A stretch of DNA of 64,000 nt from Cellvibrionales bacterium (GTDB taxonomy: Bacteria > Pseudomonadota > Gammaproteobacteria > Pseudomonadales > JAHEIH01): contig JAHEIH010000027.1 in the NCBI GenBank assembly GCA_024639455.1, forward strand, positions 178,822-242,821. The letters are read 5' to 3'. Under the pieces are notes generated by a model. It saw nothing but the letters and a program-made list of their open reading frames with translations, searched no databases and was not told where the DNA came from. Position 1 is the first letter of the stretch, and each line of letters begins with the position of its first letter. Shown piece after piece: positions 28,803 through 37,785 of the stretch. Made by a program: the position numbers and the translations under genes.

Positions 28803-29366
28803 TTAGATTTTGCCAACCAGGTCCAATGAAGGCGCCAGGGTCGCTTCGCCTTCTTTCCATTTCGCAGGGCATACTTCACCGGGGTTGGCGGCTACGTACT
28901 GCGCTGCTTTAACTTTGCGAACCAGTTCGCCGGCGTCACGGCCTATGCCTTCAGCGGTGATTTCCATCGCTTGGATCACGCCTTCTGGGTCTACAAGGAA
29001 GGTACCGCGGTCAGCCAAACCTTGGTCTTCGCGCATCACTTCGAAGTTGCGAGTGATGGCACCAGTAGGGTCGCCGATCATGGTGTACTTGATCTTGCCG
29101 ATAGTCTCAGAAGTCTCATGCCATGCTTTGTGGGTGAAGTGGGTGTCAGTTGAAACTGAGTACACTTCTACGCCACGGCTTTGGAGTTCTTCGTAGTAGT
29201 CAGCCAGATCGCCCAATTCAGTGGGGCATACGAAAGTGAAATCAGCGGGGTAAAAGAAGAAAATGGCCCACTTACCTTTCACATCGGCCTCGGTCACTTC
29301 GATGAACTCGCCATCGCGGAAAGCTTGTGCTTTAAAAGGTTTAATTGCTGTATTGATCAGTGCCAT
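28803..29366 (-). CDS. ahpC: Alkyl hydroperoxide reductase subunit C (2-Cys peroxiredoxin)
   Basis: [16 protein letters not shown] peroxidatic Cys motif and the C-terminal EVCPAKW resolving Cys. Confidence 0.95.
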   Translation of the reverse strand: MALINTAIKPFKAQAFRDGEFIEVTEADVKGKWAIFFFYPADFTFVCPTELGDLADYYEELQSRGVEVYSVSTDTHFTHKAWHETSETIGKIKYTMIGDPTGAITRNFEVMREDQGLADRGTFLVDPEGVIQAMEITAEGIGRDAGELVRKVKAAQYVAANPGEVCPAKWKEGEATLAPSLDLVGKI

Positions 29367-29507
29367 TGGAAAGTCTCCTCGGATAAATGACAGTTAGTAA
29401 AAAGTCGTTAATGACTTGATGAGTTGTATATTAATGATCTTGTACCGATTGATAAATCTTGTATTATCTAACTTAATCTTCGGAAAAACCTATCAAAGGG
29501 ATCTTGC

Positions 29508-30407
29508 ATGATTTCGTTAAAACAGATCAAGTACGCACTTGCCGTTGGCCGCACACTTCATTTTCGCCGAGCTGCGGAGGAGTGCAACATCTCGCAATCG
29601 GCGTTGAGCACGGCCCTGCAAGACATGGAGCAGCAATTGGGATTTGCGGTATTTGAGCGTGATAATAAGAAGGTGCTGGTGACCCCGCTTGGGCAGGAAG
29701 TGCTCGACAAAGCCAGTAGCATTCAAGTACAGATCGAAGACATCATGCGACTTGGCCAAACCCACGGTAAGGTCTTGAGCGGCCCGCTAAGCATGGGCAT
29801 GATTCCCACTATTGCCCCCTATTTATTACCGCGCCTGTTGCCCGGTATCGGCGCCGACTACCCCGATCTGCAGTTGAGTGTGGCAGAGGAGCAGTCGCAT
29901 GTATTGGTCGACAAGGTGCGCCGCGGCGAATTGGACTGTGCCATACTTGCCCTACCCTACGATTGTGATGGCCTTTTAAGCTTTAGCTTTTGGAAGGAAA
30001 ACTTCTACTGGGTCAGCCACAGTGACTTAGCGCCCGCAAGCCCGGTGATGCACGCCGAGGAACTGATTGATCATCAACTGATGCTCCTAAGTGAAGGCCA
30101 CTGCTTAAAAGACCACGCCTTGGCAGCGTGTAAGTTAGACAGCCACGCCACCCACTCGCTCAGCGCCACTAGCCTAACAACGCTGATCCAACTGGTAGTC
30201 GGTAAAATGGGCAGCACCTTGGTGCCAGAGATCGCGGTCGATCAGTTGGTCGATATTCATCCGGAGTTGGTAAAACTACCGCTAGACGAACCCGGCCCAC
30301 ACCGCGAACTGGCCTTTATCATTCGCCCCAACTATCCCAACATCAAGAACATCGAAGCATTGATGGCCTTGGCATCGAGGGATTTACGGCTGCAATTTGG
30401 GGGCTGA
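29508..30407 (+). CDS. oxyR: Hydrogen-peroxide-sensing LysR regulator OxyR
   Basis: Divergent from ahpC. The LLSEGHCLKDHALAAC segment carries the two redox Cys at OxyR-like spacing. Confidence 0.85.
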   Translation: MISLKQIKYALAVGRTLHFRRAAEECNISQSALSTALQDMEQQLGFAVFERDNKKVLVTPLGQEVLDKASSIQVQIEDIMRLGQTHGKVLSGPLSMGMIPTIAPYLLPRLLPGIGADYPDLQLSVAEEQSHVLVDKVRRGELDCAILALPYDCDGLLSFSFWKENFYWVSHSDLAPASPVMHAEELIDHQLMLLSEGHCLKDHALAACKLDSHATHSLSATSLTTLIQLVVGKMGSTLVPEIAVDQLVDIHPELVKLPLDEPGPHRELAFIIRPNYPNIKNIEALMALASRDLRLQFGG

Positions 30408-30510
30408 AAATACCCCCCCAAAACGTGCAAAAATTTTGCATTTTAGACAATTGACACGCTTTGTTTTTGATCCATACTTTGCGCATCTTACCCCTCCTTA
30501 GGATCACTCC

Positions 30511-31959
30511 GTGAGCAAAACCCTGATTGTCGTTGATAACGACGAAATCGCCTATGGCCAACCCCAGGCCACCATTAGTTTCGAGCAGTATTTACGCGAC
30601 TACCCCAAGCTAAATGAGGGCACCACCCGTATCATTAATTTGTGCGATACCGAGCACTATTTGAGCCGCGGCTATTACTGTTCGCTGCTGGCTGAAGCAC
30701 GCGAACACCGCGTACTGCCCAGCGTTCGCAGCATAAACGCACTTCGCGGTAGCGACGGCGATGTTGAGTTTCGCCTCTCGCGAATGGAAGCCAACCTACC
30801 CGCCGGGAGTGACATCGCCGACGGCGAGTACCCAGTGTACTTTGGCGCCTGTGCACTCGAGCCCCTGCAAAAGCTCGCCAAGCGAATGTTTCAACAGTAT
30901 TCCAGCCCGGCCTTGATGATGACCCTCAAGAGCCACAGCGGGAAGTACCACGTGCGACTGCATGCTTTGTCGCCCTCCGACTTACTAGGAGAAGAAAAAG
31001 CGCGTTTTGATGAAGCGTTAGACAACTTCACCCGCGTGGTGTGGAAAACCAGTAGTACCAAGAAGGCCCGCTGGAACATGGCGATTTTGGTCAACCCCGA
31101 AGAAGCCCTGCCGCCGTCAGACAAGGAGGCAATAAGCCGCTTTGTTCGGGCTGCCCGTAAGTTGGGTATTGCGGCGGAAACCATCGCGGCTGAAGACCTG
31201 CAAAGCATCGCCAACTACGACGCATTATTCATTCGTGAAACGACAGCCATCGACCACCACACCTATCGCCTGGCGGCCAAGGCCGAGCGCGAGGGCTTGG
31301 TCGTCATGGATGACGCCTCGTCGATCCTGCGCTGCTGCAACAAAGTCTACTTGCAAGACGCCTTTAGCTACCACAAAGTGCCCTGTTTGAAGACCGAGGT
31401 GATCAGCGACGCGAGTGATACCACCCTAGCCCACCTAGAAAGTGTATTTGGCTATCCACTTGTCTTAAAAATGCCCGAAGGGTCTTTCTCACGCGGTGTT
31501 TACAAGGTAAAAACGCGTGATGAATTGGCCGAACACTTAGCGCAGCTCTTCAATGAAACCGCGTTGGTATTAGCGCAGGAGTTTATGTACACCGACCACG
31601 ACTGGCGTATCGGTGTCTTGAACGGTCGCGCCTTGTACGCCTGTAAGTATTACATGGTGCGTAACCACTGGCAGATTTACAACCACGGCAAGAAGCGCAG
31701 TCAGTCAGGCGGTTTTGAAACTCTACCGACCTTTGAGGTGCCAAAAGGGGTGCTGAATGCAGCGCTTAAAGCCGCCAAAGTCGCGGGCAATGGCCTTTAT
31801 GGGGTAGACATTAAATACCGTGAAGGCAACGCCTACGTGCTAGAAGTGAACGACAATCCCAGCCTCGACCACAATGTGGAGGACGTTTACCTGGGCGACG
31901 AGCTATATATGCAGATTATGTCGGAGTTTTTGCGCCGCCTAGAATTGCGCGGAAAATAA
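30511..31959 (+). CDS. RimK-like ATP-grasp protein with an N-terminal RLAN-type domain
   Basis: The C-terminal half has an ATP-grasp signature (PLVLKMPEGSFSRGV...GVDIKYREGNAYVLEVNDNPS). The N-terminus INLCDTEHYLSRGYYCSLLAEAR is typical of the RimK-like N-terminal domain. GTG start. Confidence 0.7.
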   Translation: MSKTLIVVDNDEIAYGQPQATISFEQYLRDYPKLNEGTTRIINLCDTEHYLSRGYYCSLLAEAREHRVLPSVRSINALRGSDGDVEFRLSRMEANLPAGSDIADGEYPVYFGACALEPLQKLAKRMFQQYSSPALMMTLKSHSGKYHVRLHALSPSDLLGEEKARFDEALDNFTRVVWKTSSTKKARWNMAILVNPEEALPPSDKEAISRFVRAARKLGIAAETIAAEDLQSIANYDALFIRETTAIDHHTYRLAAKAEREGLVVMDDASSILRCCNKVYLQDAFSYHKVPCLKTEVISDASDTTLAHLESVFGYPLVLKMPEGSFSRGVYKVKTRDELAEHLAQLFNETALVLAQEFMYTDHDWRIGVLNGRALYACKYYMVRNHWQIYNHGKKRSQSGGFETLPTFEVPKGVLNAALKAAKVAGNGLYGVDIKYREGNAYVLEVNDNPSLDHNVEDVYLGDELYMQIMSEFLRRLELRGK

Positions 31960-32045
31960 CCAAAAAAAGCTATTTGTCAAGACTGTACAACACAGCGTGC
32001 ACTGTTAATATGCACGCTGTGTATAACGATTAGGTAGCAACCATC

Positions 32046-32720
32046 ATGAGAAGTACAGTCTCTGATTTGTTTGGAAAATCTCCCATCAAACCCCTTCAGC
32101 AACACATGACCGCCGTCATCACGTGCAGTGACGAACTAAGCAACTTCATCGAGGCCGCCATTGCGGGCGACTGGGCTAAAGCCGAAGCCTCCTACAACAC
32201 TATCCGCGATTTAGAGCACAATGCCGACGACCTAAAACGTCAATTCCGTCTCGACCTACCCTCGAGCCTATTTCTTCCCGTGCCGCGCACTGACTTGTTG
32301 GAAATGATTACCCTGCAAGACAAAATTGCCAACGGCGCGCGCGACATTGCCGGCACTATGCTGGGTCGAAAAATGGAAATCCCCGCTGCGATTAGCGAAG
32401 ATTTTGTCAATTTCGTTGCGAGTTCGTTGCAAGTTGCGCACCACGCCCAAAGCGCTATTAACGAGTTGGACGAATTGTTAGAAAGTGGATTTAAAGGTAA
32501 GGAAATCACCATCATCACCGAAATTTTGGACCAACTGGATTCGAAAGAAGGTTTGGCGGATGACGCCGAGCGCGCGATCCGCGCCAAATTGTTGGCCATT
32601 GAGGAAGATATTCCCGCGATTAAAGCGATGTTCTTGTACAAGATCATCGACAAAATTGGTGACTTGTCCAACCGTGCTCAGCGCGTTGGTAGTCGCATGC
32701 AACTGTTTATGGCTCGATAA
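32046..32720 (+). CDS. DUF47 / PhoU-like phosphate transport regulator family protein
   Basis: 224 aa helical protein located immediately upstream of the Pit transporter, which is the conserved DUF47-Pit pairing. Confidence 0.8.
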   Translation: MRSTVSDLFGKSPIKPLQQHMTAVITCSDELSNFIEAAIAGDWAKAEASYNTIRDLEHNADDLKRQFRLDLPSSLFLPVPRTDLLEMITLQDKIANGARDIAGTMLGRKMEIPAAISEDFVNFVASSLQVAHHAQSAINELDELLESGFKGKEITIITEILDQLDSKEGLADDAERAIRAKLLAIEEDIPAIKAMFLYKIIDKIGDLSNRAQRVGSRMQLFMAR

Positions 32721-32760
32721 GCGCCGCTTATCTAGATCAACGCATTAAGAGTACGGAACT

Positions 32761-34038
32761 ATGGATATTTTAAGTCAATACAGCATGATTTTGCTTGCAC
32801 TTGCGTGCATCTTCGGCTTTTTCATGGCTTGGGGTGTAGGTGCCAACGATGTCGCGAATGCGATGGGAACGTCGGTTGGATCAAAAGCGATAACCGTTAA
32901 ACAAGCGATCCTTATCGCGATGATATTTGAGTTTCTCGGCGCCTATTTAGCCGGCGGCGAGGTCACTTCAACCATTCGCAAGGGCATCATCGATCCCATG
33001 ATCATGGCCGAAACACCGCACTACCTGGTGTATGGCATGTTGGCGGCATTGCTGTCGGCGGGTACCTGGTTAGCGATTGCCTCGGCGCGTGGCTGGCCGG
33101 TATCGACCACCCACTCCATCGTAGGTGCGATTGTAGGTTTCGCCGCCTTTGGTATCGGCTTCGACACGGTGAGCTGGGGTAAAGTTGGTAACATCGTGAT
33201 GAGCTGGGTGGTATCACCGGTGCTCGCGGGCACGATTTCTTACATGTTGTTTGTCAGCGTTCAAAAGCTGATTCTGCAACAAGAAAACCCCTACGAGCGC
33301 GCCAAAAAATACATCCCCTTCTACATGTTCGCCGTCGGCTTCCTGATTTCCATGGTGACCTTCCTGAAGGGCCTGAAGCACGTCTTTAAAGACATTGGCA
33401 TGAAGCTGAGCATGGGCGAGTCGATGTTCTACTCGGCCATCGTAGGTGTCATTGTAGCCATCTTTGGCGCTTACCTACTGAGCCGCATCAAGCGCGACGA
33501 GAGCAAAGAAGGCGCGGACCGCTTCTACAACGTTGAGCGCGTGTTCGCTATCTTGATGGTGTTTACCGCCTGTGCCATGGCCTTCGCCCACGGTTCTAAC
33601 GACGTGGCTAACGCCGTAGGTCCATTAGCCGCTGTTGTTAATGTCGTCTCTACCGGTGTGGTCGGTGCCAAGTCTACTATGCCTTCTTGGATTTTGTTGC
33701 TCGGTGGCTTAGGTATTGTGGCCGGCTTGGCGACCTTTGGTTTCAAAGTAATGGCGACCATTGGCAAGAAAATCACCGAACTTACGCCTAGCCGTGGTTT
33801 CGCGGCCGAACTAGGCGCAGCCTCTACTGTGGTAGTAGCCTCTTACTTCGGCCTGCCTATTTCAACCACTCACACCTTGGTGGGTGCGGTATTGGGTGTA
33901 GGTCTGGCGCGAGGTATTGGCGCGTTGAACCTGAACGTGATCGGCGGCATTTTCTTATCGTGGTTGGTAACACTGCCCGCGGGCGCGATTATGGCGATCA
34001 TCTTCTTCACCATCTTCAAGGCGGTCTTCGGCGCGTAG
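32761..34038 (+). CDS. pit: Inorganic phosphate transporter, PiT (PHO4) family
   Basis: Duplicated GANDVANAMGT and GSNDVANAVGP signature motifs. Confidence 0.9.
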   Translation: MDILSQYSMILLALACIFGFFMAWGVGANDVANAMGTSVGSKAITVKQAILIAMIFEFLGAYLAGGEVTSTIRKGIIDPMIMAETPHYLVYGMLAALLSAGTWLAIASARGWPVSTTHSIVGAIVGFAAFGIGFDTVSWGKVGNIVMSWVVSPVLAGTISYMLFVSVQKLILQQENPYERAKKYIPFYMFAVGFLISMVTFLKGLKHVFKDIGMKLSMGESMFYSAIVGVIVAIFGAYLLSRIKRDESKEGADRFYNVERVFAILMVFTACAMAFAHGSNDVANAVGPLAAVVNVVSTGVVGAKSTMPSWILLLGGLGIVAGLATFGFKVMATIGKKITELTPSRGFAAELGAASTVVVASYFGLPISTTHTLVGAVLGVGLARGIGALNLNVIGGIFLSWLVTLPAGAIMAIIFFTIFKAVFGA

Positions 34039-34067
34039 GTTTTTCCTTGTCGCCATCTCTGCGAGAT

Positions 34068-34111
34068 GCCTCCTACCATGCGTAACACTGCATTGTAGGG
34101 GGCTTTTTTTT
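34068..34111 (+). terminator. Rho-independent terminator after pit
   Basis: GCCTCCTACCATGC-gtaacact-GCATTGTAGGGGGC (two mismatches) followed by T8. Confidence 0.75.
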
Positions 34112-34132
34112 GCCTCATCGTCGAGGAGACTA

Positions 34133-34795
34133 TTACACCGCTAAGAGCAGCGGCCCATGTTGTTTTAGCCAGGCACAATGCGCCTTGTAATTCGGTACCC
34201 AACTGGCCACTTCACGCCAAAAATGCGCCGAATGATTCATCTCTACCATGTGCGCCAATTCATGAAAAATCACATAATCACGTACCTCAGGGGGCGCCAT
34301 AATCAAACGCCAATTGAATTTGATGACGCCCTTGCTGTCGCAACTCCCCCACCGGGCCGTGAAACTTCGCACATTGATCTGCGACGGTTTGCGGCCGACT
34401 TGTGCCGCCAATGTTTGGCAACGCGCGGTGAGCTCCTTTACGGCTCGTTCACGTAGAAACTTGGCGAGCGCTTTTGCCGCCGCCTGCTCATTGCTGACAG
34501 GTAGATAGATGATATTCTCAACGAGGCAAACATCGCCGCGCCCCTGCGGGCGATACCAACGCAGTGTATGGGCATCGCCGTACATCATAACGGTGGCGCC
34601 ATCGTGGTAAGCCATCGGTTCGGGACACGAGGCCAACATTCGGTGCAACCAGGCTTCACGTTTTTTGAGCAGGGCCGACAAGTAGTCATCAGACACCCAT
34701 TGCGGTGCGCGTAATTCTACCGTGCGGGAATTGATAATGCGCAGTGCCACGGTCTTACGACGAGAGCTGCGCTTGATGACGAGATCGTATTGCAC
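34133..34795 (-). CDS. YgjP-like (DUF45 / M48-related) metal-dependent hydrolase
   Basis: HELAHMVEMNHSAHFW zinc motif near the C-terminus. 220 aa. Confidence 0.8.
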   Translation of the reverse strand: MQYDLVIKRSSRRKTVALRIINSRTVELRAPQWVSDDYLSALLKKREAWLHRMLASCPEPMAYHDGATVMMYGDAHTLRWYRPQGRGDVCLVENIIYLPVSNEQAAAKALAKFLRERAVKELTARCQTLAAQVGRKPSQINVRSFTARWGSCDSKGVIKFNWRLIMAPPEVRDYVIFHELAHMVEMNHSAHFWREVASWVPNYKAHCAWLKQHGPLLLAV

Positions 34796-34932
34796 GGTTT
34801 TCCTTTATTCTGAACTTGTCATTATGCCGTATGTATTGAAACGACAAAAGAATTTCAAAAATAAGCTAGCGATTTAATTGAGCTTTGCTAGAATTTGCTG
34901 ACCACTAAAAAAAACCAAAAAAGGGATGGGGT

Positions 34933-35685
34933 ATGGATTTCTCGATTGGCAAAGGATTGTCCGTCTTAGCTGTCACTGTAGCGTGTACATTGTCGCCTCT
35001 TGCCCAAGCCGACACATTGATTGGCTTGTATATCGGTTCCGATTATTGGAAGACCTCTACCAGCGGTTCACTGAGTAGCCTATCAAGCGATAGTAGCACT
35101 GAGTTCGATAGCAATAGTCCTGCGGTTAGCTATTTAGCTTTTGAACATCCCATCCCCTTGCTGCCCAACCTGATGCTGCGCAACACTTCGCTCGACCTTC
35201 AGGGCAACAATGTCACTGGCATTAATGTCTACAATGGCTCCAACCTGACGAGCGCCGCAGCTAACATCGATCAAACTGACGTTGTGATGTACTACGAACT
35301 GCTCGACAATGGTTTGATCAGTTTGGATTTAGGCCTAAACATCCGCAAAGTGGATGGTGATTTCAGCGTCTATTCGAGCACCGATGTACTGGTCGAAGAA
35401 ACCACCTTCTCGGGATATATCCCTATGCTGTACGCCGCCGGCGAAATTGGCATCGTATCAACCGACCTCTCGGTCTATGGTGATTTCAATGCACTCAGCG
35501 TGGGCGACCATAGCTTGCGAGACTTTCAAGCGGGTGTCGCCTACCAATTCATCGACAACGCGGTAATAGACATGAGTGCACGCCTAGGCTATCGCAAATT
35601 AACGATTGAATTAGAAGATTTGGACGGTATCAATTCAAATATAAGCGTTGATGGCGTTACCGCCGGCCTGCGGGTTCACTTCTAG
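34933..35685 (+). CDS. Outer-membrane beta-barrel protein (family uncertain)
   Basis: Signal peptide ending ...SPLAQA/DT. Alternating beta-strand pattern. C-terminal LRVHF with a terminal Phe. Confidence 0.6.
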   Translation: MDFSIGKGLSVLAVTVACTLSPLAQADTLIGLYIGSDYWKTSTSGSLSSLSSDSSTEFDSNSPAVSYLAFEHPIPLLPNLMLRNTSLDLQGNNVTGINVYNGSNLTSAAANIDQTDVVMYYELLDNGLISLDLGLNIRKVDGDFSVYSSTDVLVEETTFSGYIPMLYAAGEIGIVSTDLSVYGDFNALSVGDHSLRDFQAGVAYQFIDNAVIDMSARLGYRKLTIELEDLDGINSNISVDGVTAGLRVHF

Positions 35686-37046
35686 GGAATCCATACATTC
35701 GCATCAGGCAAGCGTTGCTGAATTGCCTTCTGCAGTGACAACTTGGCGCTGTCATCGCCATGTACAATTCGCACTTCTTTTGGCGACTCTGTAATACCAT
35801 CAACAAATTTTAACAAACCATGCTTATCGGCATGAGCTGAAAACCCATTGATGGTGTGAACCTTGGCACGTACTGGAATTTTTTCACCATCGATAAATAC
35901 CGAATTTACCCCTTGCTGTAATTTTCGCCCGACTGAATCACCGCTTTGATAACCGACAAACAGCACGTCGGTGCGGGGATCAGGTAACAGAGCCTTTAAA
36001 TAATTAACGATACGACCACCGTTACACATACCGCTGGCCGAAATCACAATCGCCGGACGAGCGGTTTGTCGCAAGTGCTCAACCACTCGCTCGTGGGCTT
36101 GATGGTTGTCGACGGTAATCATCTTGCTGAAGTTCAACGGTCTTCGGCCGCGCTCCACCAACTGCTTTGCCTCGTCATCCCAATACGGTTTGAGTCGCCG
36201 ATATATTTTGGTGAACGTTGCTGCCAAAGGCGAATCTACGATCACAGCAATATCCGACCATGCCCCTCGCGTCTCTTCCAAGTGAATACGCTCAGTAAGG
36301 ATGGCTTCAATTTCGTAAAGTAGCTCTTGGGTTCTTCCCAGACTGAAAGCGGGAATCAGTATAGCGCCGAGATCTTCAACGGCACGCTCAATACAGGCTG
36401 CAAGATGCTCGCGACGGGCGGCACGATGTTCATGGTAACGGTCGCCATAGGTCGCTTCAATCACTAGACAATCCGCTTTTGGAGGACTCTTGGGCTCGGG
36501 CAGTAGCACCGCATCATCACAACCAAGGTCGCCCGAAAAAACCAACCTACCTTGGCCTAAAATACTGCATTCTACGAACGCCGATCCTAGGATATGCCCC
36601 GCGGGCTGCAAACGGATCGAAACAAGCGGATGAATCAACGCCCAAGCGCCGTAACTGAGGGGCCTCAATTGTTTTTCTATCTTTTCGACAATGGCTTCAA
36701 TGTGGTCTTTATTACGAATACCGCTCATCTTTACTGCTTCGCGCAATACTTCAGGCAGCAAAATGGCACTCGGAAAACTACAGTAGATGGGGCCATCAAA
36801 ACCCGCCGCCACCAAGAAGGGTAAACGGGCTATGTGGTCAGTATGAACATGGGTACACACCAGCGCCACGACCCCTTCGATATCAAAATCGATGGCGACA
36901 TTATTTTCATCGGAGCCATAGGGAGAACTGTCACTGCCTTGAAAAAGACCACAATCGATCAGCAACGACTTACCGTCAGCAAACATGAGCTGATGACAGG
37001 AGCCTGTAACGCCGTCGACGGCGCCGTGATGACGAATATCAAACAT
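35682..37046 (-). CDS. MBL-fold metallo-hydrolase with beta-CASP / RNA-metabolising domain
   Basis: CTHVHTDHIARLP (HxHxDH) motif. 454 aa. Matches the beta-CASP architecture. Confidence 0.8.
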   Translation of the reverse strand: MFDIRHHGAVDGVTGSCHQLMFADGKSLLIDCGLFQGSDSSPYGSDENNVAIDFDIEGVVALVCTHVHTDHIARLPFLVAAGFDGPIYCSFPSAILLPEVLREAVKMSGIRNKDHIEAIVEKIEKQLRPLSYGAWALIHPLVSIRLQPAGHILGSAFVECSILGQGRLVFSGDLGCDDAVLLPEPKSPPKADCLVIEATYGDRYHEHRAARREHLAACIERAVEDLGAILIPAFSLGRTQELLYEIEAILTERIHLEETRGAWSDIAVIVDSPLAATFTKIYRRLKPYWDDEAKQLVERGRRPLNFSKMITVDNHQAHERVVEHLRQTARPAIVISASGMCNGGRIVNYLKALLPDPRTDVLFVGYQSGDSVGRKLQQGVNSVFIDGEKIPVRAKVHTINGFSAHADKHGLLKFVDGITESPKEVRIVHGDDSAKLSLQKAIQQRLPDANVWIP

Positions 37047-37101
37047 GACACCATTTTAGTACAACCAAGTTACAAAAAAACACATAATTGTAACAAAAAA
37101 A

Positions 37102-37785
37102 TCAAAAACCTGACTTTTTAAGAATTTCTTTTAGCATGGCCCGATGGCCAAGGTAGGAAATCTGTGCCTGCAGCAGCTCTAGGGTCGCGAGGGCGTCACT
37201 GAGGGCGTTGTGGATAGGATAGTCGGGCAAGTTATAGCGTCGACGACAGGCGTGCAACCTTAATGTGTCGGTAGGGATATGGTGGTAACGCTTAAGAATT
37301 TTACTCTTTTCCCATTGCAGTGTATCGACAATCGGGGCAGCTAATGGCGCACCGATAAGCCGACGTGACAACTTATTTAAATAGCCCATATCGATCTGCG
37401 CATTGTGAAATACCAACACACGGCCATTGGCAGCGCGCATCAACTGCCAAAACATCTCGCTAGCGCGTTCGCCATAGGTAAGCTCTTCGTCACTGATATT
37501 GTGAAATACAGCGCTTTGCCCCACCTCACGGCGAATACTTACCACAATATGACGCGACTCTTTTAATACCACGCTACCATTGATGAGCGGCACCCAACCG
37601 ATACTGACAATTTCACCCTCGTCGGGCTTAAGCGAAGTGGTCTCTATATCAATCGCCAGAAATTCAACGTCGTCACTAAAAGCATTAAGCGTTGGCAGTG
37701 CAGCATCGAAAAAAGCATGTACTTGATAGCCACGAAGTTTGCGAGCGTACCAAGCACGCTTTAGCGCCAAATACCAGTAGCGCAT
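37102..37785 (-). CDS. DEDD-family 3'-5' exonuclease (DNA pol III epsilon-like)
   Basis: AIDIETTSL (ExoI), FHNAQIDMGYL (ExoII) and HNALSDALAT (ExoIII) motifs. TAATG overlap with the upstream DUF294 gene. Confidence 0.8.
   Translation of the reverse strand: MRYWYLALKRAWYARKLRGYQVHAFFDAALPTLNAFSDDVEFLAIDIETTSLKPDEGEIVSIGWVPLINGSVVLKESRHIVVSIRREVGQSAVFHNISDEELTYGERASEMFWQLMRAANGRVLVFHNAQIDMGYLNKLSRRLIGAPLAAPIVDTLQWEKSKILKRYHHIPTDTLRLHACRRRYNLPDYPIHNALSDALATLELLQAQISYLGHRAMLKEILKKSGF

Noticed and set aside
29367-29507. Possible OxyR operator in the ahpC-oxyR intergenic region (GATAAATCTTGTATTATC-type dyad)
   Set aside because: Short A/T-rich dyads are expected by chance in this A/T-rich spacer. 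I could not align a convincing ATAG-N7-CTAT tetrad, so it is not reported as a feature.
35682-35685. Convergent gene pairs that overlap by exactly 4 nt at a CTAG (35682-35685 and 44752-44755)
   Set aside because: CTAG contains TAG on both strands, so two convergent TAG stops can share it by chance. Two instances are not enough to claim a designed feature.
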